Shown: in pieces, positions 11,266 to 22,400 of the stretch
Position numbering within the stretch: the first letter of the stretch is position 1
Layout of the letters: every line of letters begins with the position of its first letter
Assembly: GCA_900088475.1 (NCBI GenBank)
Contig: FLMG01000245.1
Span: forward strand, 1-46,584
Length of the DNA stretch: 46,584 bases
Reading direction: 5' to 3'
Source of the DNA: Hyphochytrium catenoides
Lineage: Eukaryota > Protista > Hyphochytriomycota
Made by a program: the position numbers and the translations under genes
Notes under the pieces: model-generated
What the model was told of the DNA's origin: nothing
Databases searched by the model: none
The model's input: only the letters and a program-made list of their open reading frames with translations

Positions 11266-12552
11266 ATGCAAGGTAAGCTTCTTTCAACAGCAACCCTCAG
11301 CAGGTCAAGATCTGACATGAGAGGGCTTAATCTGCTGGTCTCCTAGATGCGGATCCGGCCTGGGGCCCGGCATCCCCAAATGATGCTGAAGGGGACCAAG
11401 GGGCGCCGAGGTCGATACCTCGGTATATGCTGCCGAACTTTACTTCCATGTTGCCATCCTATTCCCTTTCTGACCAAGATAAGATTCGCGAAGCATTCCA
11501 GGTATCATGGTGCCTGTCGGTGTCCGTAACCTTTACAAGAACTAATGGTAATACCAACAGCCAGCGAATTGGAGCTCCTTGCAGCAGCTGCCAGCAAAAA
11601 TCAGTGCTGAGGAGATTTTGAAAGCTAGACAGGAGGCAATAGAGTATAATAGGCGTGGAACCGGAGCGGAGCCAAGGCTTGGCGGCAGGTCGACAGCGCT
11701 TTCTATCAATGGACTCTTCAGAGAGTTCGAATATATTCCTTGCAAGTACGGGATGCTGGAAGATCTCAAGCGCCAGGTCTGATGCATAGAGGAAATGTGA
11801 TTAGACGTCAGTAAGGTTCTAATAATGACTCTCTCCAGGAGCGCATTGAGGCTGAAACAAAGCGGTTAGAGATAGCGGGCAAAGAGTTTATCGTCCCCGG
11901 TCCACAAAGGAGAATGAAGTTTGATAGCATGCTAGGCGAAAAGGGCTACAAGTATGATTATGAAGCCGGCAAGGATCCGTATGAGCACCATCACGACGAA
12001 CTTATGCGCCAAAAGTGGCTGGAAGATTCCAAGGTACAGATTCTCGTCTGCTCCAGACCATGGTCATCAAGCCTAATCTTTTTTTTTGTATAGATACTCT
12101 TCGGCCACTTCTCAGCTGCTGGCAAAATCCATAATTCGACGACGACCAAGCTAATGATCCCTGAAATTGTGGACAAACTATACAAGCGCATTATTAGCGA
12201 CTGGTCAGAGTACGCAATGTCTGTCTCCTGCGCCGACGAGGAACTTATAGTGATTAAGTTCGCTCTGGACAAGCTCGATAACGAGAAAGGTCTTGCTGCG
12301 TATATGAATGTTTTCGCAAGCTATAATGAGGTATGCAGAAACCAGACTCACCGTCCTGGCGCATTTTTGCCATGTTCATCTCTCTGAACCTATTCCAACT
12401 TTTGTCTTGAATCTGAGGACCTTCGTCGCACACAGGTTGTAATAGAGCATCATCTTGGCAAGGTGCATCACAAATGGAACTTCAAAAGCAGCGACGGTTT
12501 CTTATACTTTCTCTTCAGATTGCCGTGGGCAAGTGCTATCGCAAGAGATTAA
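11266..12552 (+). CDS. Hypothetical multi-exon protein of unknown function
   Basis: In-phase GT-AG exon chain: MQ|DADPAW...EAFQ|PANWSSL...LKRQ|ERIEAE...EDSK|ILFGHF...SYNE|VVIEH...RLPWASAIARD*. The start is uncertain because exon-like pieces lie upstream at 10.5-11.2 kb. Confidence 0.65.
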
Positions 12553-12661
12553 GAGGATTGGCAATACGACCGAGAGCGATGCAGAACCGTCTCTCCATAT
12601 GTCACTCTGTTTTCAAAAGTGACCATTTATATGAAGGATGTACATAATTTCAGTTATTAAG

Positions 12662-15022
12662 TCAACTGAAGTCACCATCAAACCCTACAAACCCGCATAG
12701 TTGAAAGACGTAGTAATAGCTCTTTTTCTCTATCTTTGAGCACCAGTTCCAGGCACTGGTCAACCTTCCATCAATGCAGGAACCGGCGTCGAAGAAGTTG
12801 TCAGCGCCACTGCCATCGAACCCTACCGGACAAGGAAGTACACACGGTTAGAGGAAAGAATAGAAGTAGGAGCCACACCAGGATTACAAGTGCTTACCAT
12901 GCTTGAAAAAGTCACAGAGGATGGTCTTCTTCAGCTTCTCCTTTCCGCCATAGCATTTGTTTATGTATTGTGAGCAGCTTGGATCGCTCTCTAGCCTGTC
13001 TATTTCTGCTATNNNNNNNNNNNNNNNNNNNNNNNNNNNNNNNNNNNCAAGCTTAGCTTACCTCAGATTGGACGCGTCTTAATAGACCGGAGACCACTTT
13101 TGAGACCATAGGTGCCTGCTGTATCCGATGTAGCCCTTGCCCGGTCTCTCTTAACCTATACGGATTTCCGCTAAGAAGGTCCTGTTCGGCGCTATACCAA
13201 AGTCTAAACATCTCACTGGTAAAGGCTCTCCACAGAAGGAGAGACTGGAGTGCATACTGGTATTGCCGCTGGTGAGAGTGAGAAAGTCGAGCTCCATTTC
13301 TTCCAGCAAGAATTTGCAGCGAAAACTCGCCGTCTGCGATCTCCGGATGAAAATACGTCTTCAGAAGCTGGATCATCTGATCTATAGGTTGTCGATTGGA
13401 GACCATATAGCTGTAGTAGTCACCGATAGAAGAGAGACAGCGCCTGATGTCTTCTCCCGACGCTTGATCTGAACTATACTTCTGGACTATGGCCTCTACT
13501 GCTGCTTGTTTTTCTTCTACAGCTCTTTTGACCTCATCTCTGGGTCGTAATGAGTCTGCTGTGATGACTTGCGTTGCCGCATCTACCAGTTCATCCTCTA
13601 GCAAGCTCAGGAGGTTATTCTGCTCCAAAAAGCGATGAACGGTGGAGAGTGGTGTCACGCAGGAGAAGCCAAACTCCTCCTGAATATCTCTACTCTGTGC
13701 ATCTTGAAGAAGGTGCATCATCTTCCCATAGTTTGCCCGCATTTTGTCTGGATTCATCACCTTGAACCTCCGTCCAACCTCGAACACTTTGGCAAAGAAC
13801 CCTCCGTTGTCCGAGAACTTTCTACCGTCTATAAGACGTTTACCTGACCGATAATTGCCTGAGACCACCAGACCTGATTGATGGAAAGCATTATCAGTCT
13901 ATGACACAAAAGACATAGTCCCATAGCGAGTCCAGAGAAATAGGGTCAAGCCCCTTGACCAAAGAATAACCGTAATGAATTGACAAAAGGGTGGTAAGAT
14001 TGTGGACCTCGATGCAATGAGAAGGCTGCAGAAGGTTAAGCATTGAGAGGAAGTCCCTTCAGAGTTGCAGCAAAAGATGGTCCGTTGAACAAGATGCATG
14101 CGACCCCGAGAGGAATGAGATGGAAGTAAACAACGCTACCTGACATGATGGCGTACATATCCTCCAGTTCCTTCTCTATATAATAGAGCTTGCTTCCATA
14201 CCGAATGACATCTACCTTATCGGTATATTCACTCACTTCCAGCGCAGCCTCCAGTAGCTCAAGATATTCCCTCTCCTCCAGATTGAGGCGTAAAGGGATA
14301 AACTTCGTGGCAGCGACTAGGTGAGCCGCAGGTTTGCTCCCAGGTCTGCTAGGAAGGGACACTGAGCTTTCCGTTGTTCGTCCCTCTTGGAGCAACCCCA
14401 TCTCTTGCTCTCCCTCTAAATCCATTCTGTGGCCCGCATCATTTGGCAAATTGTCCTCGCTGCCGCTCAGCGAGTTTTCCACCGGATTCTGAGAAACGCT
14501 GACAGGGTCTGGTATGGATACTCCTGAGAGCTCCCCCCTTTCCTTCTCCTATTAGACAATTCTTAGCGGTGTAACAGGAACCCTTTACCATCTACTATAG
14601 AATGTGGCAGCAATCAATGGTTTTCTAGAAGCGATAGAAGAGATAGAGGAGCTGCTTCTAGGTAATGGACACAAATGACCAAGAAGATGAAAGCTATGGT
14701 CCGACCGGGGATATTGACGTGACTTGTAAGGGGAGTAGATCAATCATATTCAAGGAGGTGCTGGATCTGAACTCAAGAGAAAGCGTGCAAGGCTGATGAT
14801 AAAGCACTTCATTGGAGAATTGACAGGCACCTTAGGGTTAGGTAGCTTGCTAGTGCCTCCTGAGGAGCACAGCTTCACATTGTCGTGTCGCTTCCTATTT
14901 CCGGTCCTATGCTGGTCTTCATAACAGGGCTCGCAGTAAACGTCGCCGCACTGTCGGCATTGCACGACTGCCGCCTGATCCTCACACTCAATGCACATTG
15001 ATCGTTGCTCTTGTGCCGCCAT
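12662..15022 (-). CDS. UPF0652/DUF2009 family protein with N-terminal B-box-like zinc finger, multi-exon, interrupted by an assembly gap
   Basis: N-terminal CIECEDQAAVVQCRQCGDVYCEPCYEDQH. Family motifs FIPLRLNLEEREYLELLEAALEVSEYTDKVD, FEVGRRFKVMNPDKMRANYGK, GARLSHSHQRQYQY and FDGSGADNFFDAGSCIDGRLTSAWNWC. Confidence 0.88.
13013..13047. other. Assembly gap (35 N)
   Basis: Run of N inside the DUF2009 gene. Confidence 1.
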
Positions 15023-15310
15023 AGCTTCCTGCAAACCTGAGTAGAGTCGCAAGGCACCGAGAAAACAACACATACGGAGCGACTTAGTGCCTATGTATAC
15101 TGCGCAACGCAACTCACCAACGATACTCACCGCTCTCCTGTGCAAGAAGCTCCGTCATGGTAACTTGCGAAGCTAGACGTCGATGTTTTGCTAGTTACAC
15201 ACTTCAGCTGGGAGGAGAGAGTGCAGGACGTGCTGTACCTTAGGCCGCTTGGCAGTCCGAAGAGATAGTAATGGCCTCCAGTCCAAAAACTGGACACAGT
15301 AAGCGGCGAT

Positions 15311-15577
15311 GGTGACGAAGCGTCGCCTCAGTTCCGAGTAGGTAGGCGTTTGGCAGAGTAGATCAGGATGAAGAGGTAACTCGGGCTGTCTCCTTCAGAA
15401 TGCAGACTGCCCTCTGTTATTATAAAACGTTCAGAATGTCAACGGCCTAAGGTGAGGAAGCATCGCCTTAGTTCCAAGTAGGTGGGCGCTTGGCAGAGTA
15501 GGTCAGGATGAAGAGGTAAGCGGGGCTGTCTTCAGAATGCAGACTGCGTTCTGTTATTATAAAACCTTCAGAATGTC
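15311..15577. repeat. Diverged direct tandem duplication (about 130-bp unit, 140-bp period)
   Basis: 15311-15440 (ggtgacgaagcgtcgcctcagttccgagtagg...ttcagaatgtc) versus 15451-15577 (ggtgaggaagcatcgccttagttccaagtagg...ttcagaatgtc). Confidence 0.92.
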
Positions 15578-15930
15578 TTCATCAGCCTCTCTTACCTTCG
15601 CTTCTCCTCCCTCATTGACTCTCGCCTCGGACTCGATAATCTCCGTCCTGGCTAGGTTCCCATCATCTCACATCATGAGATCAGCACTTGAGATGATGAT
15701 GGCTCTCTTGTTCTGTCGGTCATCACCAATCCCAGCGCTCTGCAGATAAGCTGTAAAAAGGTGTCAAGGATTTTAGATACATGTTGGTTAGGTCACTCGC
15801 ATTCTGTATAAAGTCGTGGATATTCCACATTCGGTCCGTTAAGCTGGTTCAGAGCAGCAATTCATCCTCTTCCTGGGGCTTTGTGTGCTTCTCAAGATCT
15901 CTGCCGAGTAGTTCTACGTGCTGTGAGAGA
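15554..15930 (-). pseudogene. Stop-interrupted coding-like remnant, divergent from TFIP11
   Basis: HVELLGRDLEKHTKPQEEDELLL*TSLTDRMWNIHDFIQN and YLQSAGIGDDRQNKRAIIISSADLMM*DDGNLARTEIIESEARVNEGGEAK. Each segment follows a polypyrimidine-CAG acceptor and contains one in-frame TGA (15851 and 15670). Confidence 0.4.
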
Positions 15931-16171
15931 GCGAGAGATGGAGACTTCAGAGCCGCAACAGGCACCAGACATCAAGAGCTCGAAGCTTCCAGCAGAGATA
16001 GATCCCAAGCCCTTCAACCTTCGATAGTCGACAGAGCCTGAGGAGACGAGGAGTAGTTTTGACACGGGTCGTGCCTGGGTCAAAATCAGATCACTGCAGG
16101 CACTTGAGTCCAAATAGATAGGGCTCTACGGTGAGCACGCACGCAGGTCCACTCCGCCTTTGGAAGCTAGC

Positions 16172-18913
16172 ATGTCGCGGTTAGTGGATAGCAGTGAGGA
16201 GGAGAGTGAGGAGGAGCGCATGGCCTTCACAGAGCAAAATGATTTTGAGGATGGGCAGTGGATAGATGGTGAATTCTACGCCCGCAATCAGAAGCGAGGG
16301 CGGCATATGTCAAAGAGGGAAGCTATCTACGGCGTGTTCGCAGACCTGAGCAGTGAGGAAGATGAAGGAGCAAGCAGAAGAAAAGGTAGAAAAAGGGGGA
16401 AGCCAGGGGGCTTGGGGATGGCGGCTGCCAAGCCTCTTTCCTTCATACGTGGGGGTGTCCAGCGATCAGCAGAAGAAGAAATGACGGCGGTACCTCCTGA
16501 GCCCACCCAAGAGCCAGAGAAAGCCAACGAACAGGAAGAGTCTGAAGGGAAAGTAGGAGGTACTAACGTGGAGGAAGATGAAAGCAGGGCTGAGTTTCAG
16601 CGCCTGATGAAGGAAGGCACTGGTGGCGGATTTGCTGCTAAGGGGAAATCTAATCAGGATTTCAAGAGCTTTTTACAAATGAACGATGATGGGTCATCCG
16701 CAACAGACAGAAGTGCAGACAGGAGAACGGAGGCAAAGCAACCTCCGCCCGCTCGTCCTGTCCCAGAGCATGTTAAGCGGAATATGGGTTCGTGGCAGAA
16801 GCACACCAAGGGCTTCGGCATGAAGATGCTCGAGAAGTTTGGCTTCAAAGGGAGGCTAGGAAAAGACGAGGCAGGAATAGCCCAGCCAGTGGAAGTTAAG
16901 GTCCGGCCGAGCACCATGGGGCTTGGTTATGGAGGATTTAAAGAGGCCACTGAGCTCAAGGCTAACCGCGAATTAGAGCGGGAGGTGCGAGGGACAGTGG
17001 ATGAAGAGGAGGATAAGAGGCAGAAGGAACAGGAAGCCAAGAAGAAGGCGGAGGAAGATAGGCGCTGGAAGAAGTCAGCGTTACCAAAGAAGCCCAAGAG
17101 AGTTTATAAAACAGCAGCAGAGCTGGTCAATGACTCCGCTACTGCTGCTCCTAAGCCCTACATACTGGACATGAGAGGACCTCAAACCAAGATGATTGAC
17201 ACTCCGGGCCTCGGAACAGTAGAAGAGTTATCACAGGAAGGCATAGAGAGTGAGCAGGGCCTTGGACAAGAACTGGTCCATAATGTCCGTCTTATCGTAG
17301 ATCTGACCGAGGTCCAGATCTTCACACTGGACAGGAAAATACAAGGCCTCAAGCAGGATCTATCCAACCTTCGCTTGCAACAACAGGGACTTCAACAGAA
17401 GGTAGAGATGGAAAGAGGAGGAGGAGAAAACGTGCATCAAGTTCTTCAAATTATCTCGAAAGTTAGAGCCAAGATGACCAGCAGTCCTGATGAGGTCTCG
17501 CCTGGTGCTGTCATTGACCTCATTAAGCGGCTGAAGGCCCACTATCCTGCGGAATACCGGAGTTTCCACCTCATAGACCTCATGCCGGAAATAGCCCATC
17601 CAGTTATGAGGAACTCCATGAAGGCGTGGAAGCCTCTTGAAGAAGTTCAATCCATGGCTCAACTTCTTTTGAGGTGGGAAGCGGTGCTAACGGACGGAAT
17701 AGACGAAGAGAGGGCGAGAGAGGACCTGGACTTCGAAGGTGTGGAGGCATTTCAGAGCTTAATGCGAGACATAGTCCTTCCCAAAGTCCGCTCTGCCATA
17801 CAGAACGATTGGAATGTGAAGCAGCCGGAGGTCTGCGTCAGCCTTCTTAAGGCTCTTCAATCCTTCTTCTCCCCGACAGAAGGAGAAAAGGAAGATTCTG
17901 GACCATTCCAGACGCTGCTAGTACGAGTGATCTACCCTAAGCTAGCGGTGGAGGTAGAACGCTGGGATCCGAGGACAGACCCGGTTCACATACATACCTG
18001 GATCCACCCCTGGATCCCATTATTGAAAAAGAACCTGGAGCCTCTTTACCCTAATATTCGCTTTACCCTCTCCTCAGTCTTGAAGGAGTGGCATCCAAGC
18101 GATAGCAGCGCTCACACTGTCGTCTCTCCCTGGAAGGACGTATGGGATCCTCAGAGTATGGAGACGTTCCTTGTACGAAGCGTTATCCCGAAGCTTGTCA
18201 TACTTTTACGGGAGTTTGTCGTCGACCCAACCGACGAGAACCATGACCCCCTTCGCTGGGTCCTTCAATGGTCAGATGTTCTACCGTCAATCCATATGGT
18301 GAGTCTGCTTGAAGGTGAGTTCTTCCCTAAGTGGCTGCCAGTTCTTCACGCTTGGCTAGCAGATGAGCCAGACTATGCCGAAGTTTGGGCCTGGTATGCC
18401 AGCTGGAAAGCCGTTTTTCCCTCTGGTCTTGCCGCACATGAGAAGATTAAGTTGCAATTCAACAAAGCTCTGAAGATGATGAATGACGCAGTTAGCGGCG
18501 CCCTTGATCGGTCCAATCCTCCCACCGCTACTTCCTCTATTAGCTACTCGTACGTGCTGGAAAAGTATCAGCGCGAGGTGGCGGTGATGAGAGAGCAGGC
18601 GAAAGCAGAAGCGAAGGCTCGCCTTGAAACCGAAGCACAAGCGGTTCCACCAAGGACCGTGAGACACCCTGTTCGTCAGGATGTTTCTTTCAAGGAGGTT
18701 GTAGAGAAGTTTGCGGAAGAACACAACGTGACTTTCGTCCCCAACACCAAAAAGCAGGGTCTTCATCTGTGGAATAAGGCACTTTACCTCTTCGGACCGA
18801 TTAATGTTTATATCGACCAGGACGTAATCTTCGCAGAGGATGAGAAGGACAAGAAGCGCTTCTCCGCTATTTCGTTAGACCATTTACTTGCCCGGGCACA
18901 GACAAAGAGATGA
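16172..18913 (+). CDS. TFIP11: Tuftelin-interacting protein 11 / Spp382(Ntr1) spliceosome disassembly factor, intronless
   Basis: TIP_N motif (DFEDGQWIDGEFY...EAIYGVFAD), G-patch (WQKHTKGFGMKMLEKFGFKGRLGKDEAGI...GLGY), GCFC region (WDPRTDPVHIHTWIHPWIP, LLEGEFFPKW) and C-terminal SFKEVVEKFAEEH. First true ATG is at 16172. Confidence 0.96.
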   Translation: MSRLVDSSEEESEEERMAFTEQNDFEDGQWIDGEFYARNQKRGRHMSKREAIYGVFADLSSEEDEGASRRKGRKRGKPGGLGMAAAKPLSFIRGGVQRSAEEEMTAVPPEPTQEPEKANEQEESEGKVGGTNVEEDESRAEFQRLMKEGTGGGFAAKGKSNQDFKSFLQMNDDGSSATDRSADRRTEAKQPPPARPVPEHVKRNMGSWQKHTKGFGMKMLEKFGFKGRLGKDEAGIAQPVEVKVRPSTMGLGYGGFKEATELKANRELEREVRGTVDEEEDKRQKEQEAKKKAEEDRRWKKSALPKKPKRVYKTAAELVNDSATAAPKPYILDMRGPQTKMIDTPGLGTVEELSQEGIESEQGLGQELVHNVRLIVDLTEVQIFTLDRKIQGLKQDLSNLRLQQQGLQQKVEMERGGGENVHQVLQIISKVRAKMTSSPDEVSPGAVIDLIKRLKAHYPAEYRSFHLIDLMPEIAHPVMRNSMKAWKPLEEVQSMAQLLLRWEAVLTDGIDEERAREDLDFEGVEAFQSLMRDIVLPKVRSAIQNDWNVKQPEVCVSLLKALQSFFSPTEGEKEDSGPFQTLLVRVIYPKLAVEVERWDPRTDPVHIHTWIHPWIPLLKKNLEPLYPNIRFTLSSVLKEWHPSDSSAHTVVSPWKDVWDPQSMETFLVRSVIPKLVILLREFVVDPTDENHDPLRWVLQWSDVLPSIHMVSLLEGEFFPKWLPVLHAWLADEPDYAEVWAWYASWKAVFPSGLAAHEKIKLQFNKALKMMNDAVSGALDRSNPPTATSSISYSYVLEKYQREVAVMREQAKAEAKARLETEAQAVPPRTVRHPVRQDVSFKEVVEKFAEEHNVTFVPNTKKQGLHLWNKALYLFGPINVYIDQDVIFAEDEKDKKRFSAISLDHLLARAQTKR

Positions 18914-19405
18914 TGAAATCGGTCACTGGGTACTCTAAACTGAGTGTGCTACTTGGCTCTATGAAGAGCTGATGGGCTAGCTCATTAAGGGTCCGAGAAC
19001 AGGGATAACGCTTTCAACTACCTCGGACGGTCCGAAGGATTCTAATTGGGATGCAACGATAGTCACTTGGTCGCGGTTCAAGGGGCAGAAAGACGGTTGC
19101 ATGGATGGACAATCACAGAGCTTACGGACAGAGGAAAGCACAGGCCATGCTTTTCCCAAATTTTATTGCTTCTCTGCTCGCATGCCCTTTCTCTGCTCAT
19201 TCTTCAGGACACTGTCTATCGTTTGGCGTCTTAGGCCGCCAGAATATTGGCGCAGGAAGTAGTTAGCATATATATATGGCCCATTGCTCCTTTGTTCACG
19301 TTCAAGACATATCATAGAATTATTGATGGTGGAGCTATATTAACAGTCACTGGGGCAGTGGAGAATAAATGACCATCTAGCAGAATAGATAAAGACTCTC
19401 TATAT

Positions 19406-22400
19406 TTATAAGAAGAGGCGGTCCATGGCTTCGGCATTCTCGCCACGGAGCTTCCTCCACTCTTTTCTCGCCGCATCCTCCAGATTCCTCTGAGTAATAC
19501 GCCTTTCTGATCCGTCCTTCGGCTTCTTGATGGCAGCCGCGGCTGCCGCTCTGAATATTGCATTGCTGATAGAAGCAGCCGAGAGCTCATACTTGTTGCC
19601 CAGTTCTCTGTAATCCAGCGATTCCACTGGTGCCGTCGCTATGCAACAAGGAGGGGAGAAGAGATGGACCAAAGATAGGTGGGCTTAGAAGATATTGAAG
19701 GGGAGAGCTAATTGAGGACACTATGAGTCCAAGTGAAGCAAAAAACATGGTCCACACTCTCAACGCTCAAGTACGTGGCAATCGGGTTATAAATTGCCAA
19801 ATCTTCGCTTACCAGGGATCATTGCCTTCCACAAACTAGCTCTGAGGTCCGCGCCAGGCATCTTGAACTGGATTGAGAACTGCACAGCACGGGCAAGGTC
19901 GGGATGGATTTGAGCATTCTCCGTAATGCCAGCAACAAGAATGACGATTCCTGCGACGACAGGATTAGAGTTAGGTCCAGGCCTTGTTCCCAAAAGAGGA
20001 GTTATACGACTTTCCGGTATAGACTCTGCCATCTGTGACCAAATTTATCTCACTCGCCCGTGAAAATCGTACTTTCCCACATAGCCATTATCTCTACAGA
20101 CTATCAGGCTTGTGCGTGCAGACCCCACTTTTCCTTTACCTGGAAAGGATGCTAATCTGTCCAGCAGATGCATTAGAAGCATGTTATTCCTCGCGGGTTC
20201 ATATTCTGTCGTGGTGGCAAAGGTCTCTAAACCTTCCAGTACTAGGACGGCATCCATCAATCTTGCATCGTCAAAGACCGCGCGCACTGCTTTGTTCGTC
20301 TGAGCGTCTGAGTCCAGCATAAGCTGGCTGAAATTCACCACCTTCAGTGGCTTCCCCACTTCAAAGCCGACACATTTGGCTGCTGACGATTTGCCAATGC
20401 CGGGAGGGCCATAAAAGACAGCTAGGCAAAAAGCAGGCACCGTCACTTATACAGGAAAGCAAGGTCAAGCATGTGGGACAAGAGCAACTCAGGAAGACTA
20501 AAGCGCCGGGACGAGAGGAGAGCTTTGATGTATGGCCAATTCAAAGTCTTTTTACCTGTGGTGCCCTTCTGTTGCTTTTCATCTCCAAAGGTGAAGCCCC
20601 ACTGACCGTACACTACCCCTCGCGCTTTCTCAAACTGGATCAACTCCAACAACTTTTGCTTAGTTTCCTTCGACAGCACCAGCGAGTCTAAACCCGCCTT
20701 CGGAACGACTCGATGGTCAAACGTTTTCATTTGGAGACTACCTCGCATTTGCATACTAAACAAGTTGAGCACAATGTTAATAAGGGACTTGGGGCTTAAG
20801 GGACGGAAGAAAATTGCCAAGAACATACAATGGGGACTAATCGGAAAGATGAGGCTGTGTGCAAAGGCTTACCTGCAACCGGCAACGATATCTGCTTCGG
20901 TCACCAGAGGGTTTTTGGGATCTCGCCCTATTGCCTTTAAAAGAGCGGCGACGACTGCGTTCTTTATGAATCCTCCACTGAGCTCATACTTCAGGCTCAC
21001 CGCATCCCAATCAATGTCGTCAGAGAGAGGAATCTTCTCCGACGTTAAGACCTATGAATAAAACATGTTAGTAACGCGGGAGCAATGATTGATGGTGTAC
21101 CAGGCAGAGACAACATGATGAAGTGTAGTTAGAAGTAGAAGGCCCGATTCCCGAAGAGTATAGAGAGCGTGATAGAGACTTGAACATATGAGGCGAGGGC
21201 TGGACGAGAGATAAATCGCGGCCACAGTCCCAGTACAACGTCTGCAGAGCGTCGGCTAATCAACAGAGCAAGAAGGAGCAGCAAACCTTCCAAATCTCTT
21301 TTCTCTGGATGTGATCTGGCGGTCTGAACTCGAACACAGAGTTTATCCGACGGTGCATTGCCTCGTCCAAGTCGTAGGGCCGATTCGTCGCTAAAAAGAC
21401 AATGCCCTGAAGGCAGAACAGTTAGTCAGTCATGATCTGGTCTACACGCAATCATCTGATTGACATTAGACCATCTCACTTCTTCCAGCTTCTGCCATTG
21501 GCGGTATCGTTCACATACCTCGTGTCGCTCCATTTCTGTGAGAAGAGCGTTCAAGAGCCTGTCTCCTCCAAATTCTCTTTGCTTGAAGATAGCTTCACAT
21601 TCATCAAAAAATAGAAGTGCGTTGCTCATATCTGCTTCCCGAAACAACCCGCGAAGATCTGCATCTGTGTCCATTCCTTCCTTCTTCTTGCCCTGAGAGG
21701 TAACTTCTTAGACCTGTCGTAACCCTACTCCTCTTTGTGATTACTCCTCTGCTCGCACACTCTGAACCTGTCTCCACCGCTCTGCAGCTACACATGTTGG
21801 TCACGCTTTGCCTCACCTGTAAACTAGGGAAATCAACCATGAGCACTCGTTTTCCTATATGATTTGCTACGGCGTTAACTGTCATCGTTTTTCCGGTTCC
21901 ACTGGCTCCACAGAGGAGAATAACAAGCCCAGAGCCATAGCTGATGACCTGAGCAGGGGTCAAAGAAACCGAAGTCAGATGGACAAGCTTGCCACAAAAA
22001 GGCGACCTTTTAAGTAAACGCATGCGGAAGTTGTTGCCAGCCTTTAGTAAGTAAACTGGCCATGAGCAAATCCATGCACCAATTAGCTCCTCACCTCTTC
22101 CAGCTTGTTCTTCTTCCGATATTCCCGAAACTTTTCAAAATTGGAGACTGATTCTAGAAGCATCTCCTTCTGTTCCGCCGGCAGGACGACCTGATCGATC
22201 GTGACCTTAACGCAGAGATGGTAGTGCAAGTGAGTACATAAGTAGCACGCTGGTTGAGCGCAACGATAAAGAGAAACTAGCGAGTGAAGTGATGCTTGCT
22301 ATATACGGGGCCAAGGGGCAACAATATAGGCTGGCGTCTCCCTTCACCTTCGGCTGGTACAGGTCGGACCCTTCGACCAGTTCGTTGATCTCTGTGTCTA

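Noticed and set aside
15311-15577. Direct repeats as LTRs or a CRISPR-like array
   Set aside because: There are only two adjacent copies, with no TG...CA ends, internal element, spacer series or cas genes.
16327-18766. Several minus-strand ORFs within TFIP11
   Set aside because: Antisense shadows of a long coding exon.
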